From assembly GCA_963663235.2 (NCBI GenBank), contig CAXXNO010000004.1, positions 640,001-704,000 on the forward strand: a stretch of DNA of 64,000 nt, written 5' to 3'. The position numbers were made by a program, and so were the translations under genes. This document shows positions 62,922 through 64,000 of the stretch, piece by piece. Under the pieces are notes generated by a model. It had not been told where the DNA came from and made no database searches. It worked only from the letters and a program-made list of their open reading frames with translations. How positions within the stretch are numbered: position 1 is the first letter of the stretch; each line of letters opens with the position of its first letter. Source of the DNA: Dehalococcoidia bacterium. GTDB taxonomy: Bacteria > Chloroflexota > Dehalococcoidia > Bin125.

Positions 62922-63953
62922 ATGGAGATCGGCAACCACATGGACACTCACGGCGTCGCCATTCGCAGCGACACCGAGTTCTGGCTGGAATCGATTCCGC
63001 CGCAAGACATCCAGCCGGTGAAGTATGCGCAACTCGCCGAGCGCGTAGGCTTCCATTCGCTCTGGTTCTCGGACCACGTCACCTTGCCCTTGCAGACCAC
63101 CAACGTGCACATCGCCAACCCGGAGACGGGCAAGCGGCACTACCCCACGAAGCCGGTCATGTTCGACGCCCTGACCACCATGGCGGCCGTGGCGGTGACC
63201 ACGGAGCGGATCAAGCTGGCGACCTCCGTGCTGATCTCCCCCTACCGCCCGCCCCTGCACGACGCCCGGCAGTTCGCCACCGTCGACTGGCTCTCCAACG
63301 GACGGGTGATCGCCGGCGTGGGCGCGGGCTGGGCCAAGGAGGAGTTCGAGGCGCTGGGCCTGCCCTACGACCGGCGCGGCGACATGACCGACGAATGCAT
63401 CGAGATCTACAAGCGCGCGTGGACGGACGACGTCGTCGCCTTCCACGGCGAGTTCTACAACTTCGACAACCTCTCCATGGACCCCAAGCCCGTGCAGAAG
63501 CCCCACCCGCCCATCGTCTTCGGCGGCCAGTCGATGGCCGGCGCCCGGCGATCGGCGCGGCTCTGCGACGGCTTCTACCCCCTCTTCTCCCATCCCAATG
63601 CCCGCCCCGCTGACAACGATCGCTTCCTGGATGCGATCCGGCGCGAGGCGGAACGCGTGAACCGCGACCTCTCGGACTTCATGCTCATGGGCGTCACCGC
63701 CGCCCGCATCACCGACGCCGACGATCCGGACGTCAAGAAAGACCGGCGCCCCATCTGCGTCGGCACGCCGGAGATGATCCTCTCCGACCTCCAGGGCTTC
63801 GCCGAGGCGGGCTACTCCCTCATGATCCTCTCGCAGGAGACCCGCAGCCGCACCGCCGCCGAGCTATTCGAGCGCCTGGAACAGTTCGGCAACGAGATCA
63901 TCCCCACCGCCAAAGGCTTCAAGCCCGGCGGTGAGTGGATGCCCGTGCCCTAG
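62922..63953 (+). CDS. LLM-class (luciferase-like) oxidoreductase, probably F420-dependent
   Basis: GFHSLWFSDHV, TERIKLATSVL, LSNGRV..GVGAGW..EEF and PKPVQKPHPPI motifs. Confidence 0.9.
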   Translation: MEIGNHMDTHGVAIRSDTEFWLESIPPQDIQPVKYAQLAERVGFHSLWFSDHVTLPLQTTNVHIANPETGKRHYPTKPVMFDALTTMAAVAVTTERIKLATSVLISPYRPPLHDARQFATVDWLSNGRVIAGVGAGWAKEEFEALGLPYDRRGDMTDECIEIYKRAWTDDVVAFHGEFYNFDNLSMDPKPVQKPHPPIVFGGQSMAGARRSARLCDGFYPLFSHPNARPADNDRFLDAIRREAERVNRDLSDFMLMGVTAARITDADDPDVKKDRRPICVGTPEMILSDLQGFAEAGYSLMILSQETRSRTAAELFERLEQFGNEIIPTAKGFKPGGEWMPVP

Positions 63954-64000
63954 GCCCCGCACCCACACCCGCGCCGTCGCCGGCCGCGACGAGATTTTCT

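Overview
Very GC-rich bacterial chromosome segment. Gene content, the REP-like repeats and the paralog expansions suggest Chloroflexota, probably Dehalococcoidia-like (inference only). The core backbone is atpC-murA-mreB, rex, gyrA, hsp20-lon, tsaE-tsaB-ndk, rsfS/mnmA, two tRNA-Ser genes, gcvT-H-PA-PB, ilvE, ilvB-ilvN-ilvC and leuA. Accessory content includes an orphan DNA MTase, a lower-GC XhoI/PaeR7I-family R-M islet, a LarA-family racemase, a TetR-controlled MFS::SDR/deiodinase-like operon, a lower-GC mosaic after leuA (ParB-like remnant, OYE/FAD oxidoreductase, hollowed IS3 with cargo, gdhA), three hydantoinase-B/oxoprolinase paralogs and an LLM-class oxidoreductase. Most notable: (1) an OsmC-fold gene split by an in-frame UGA at the catalytic Cys position (probable selenoprotein), at the end of an operon with two double-SnoaL/NTF2 paralogs; (2) two leader-peptide/anti-SD RNA switches before ilvB and leuA that share an LGR-stop core and hairpin; (3) 3'-end gene duplications flanking inserted DNA. 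Several single-base frameshifts, one in the normally essential tsaB, warn of possible assembly indel errors. All family calls are from motif recognition by eye; no searches were run.
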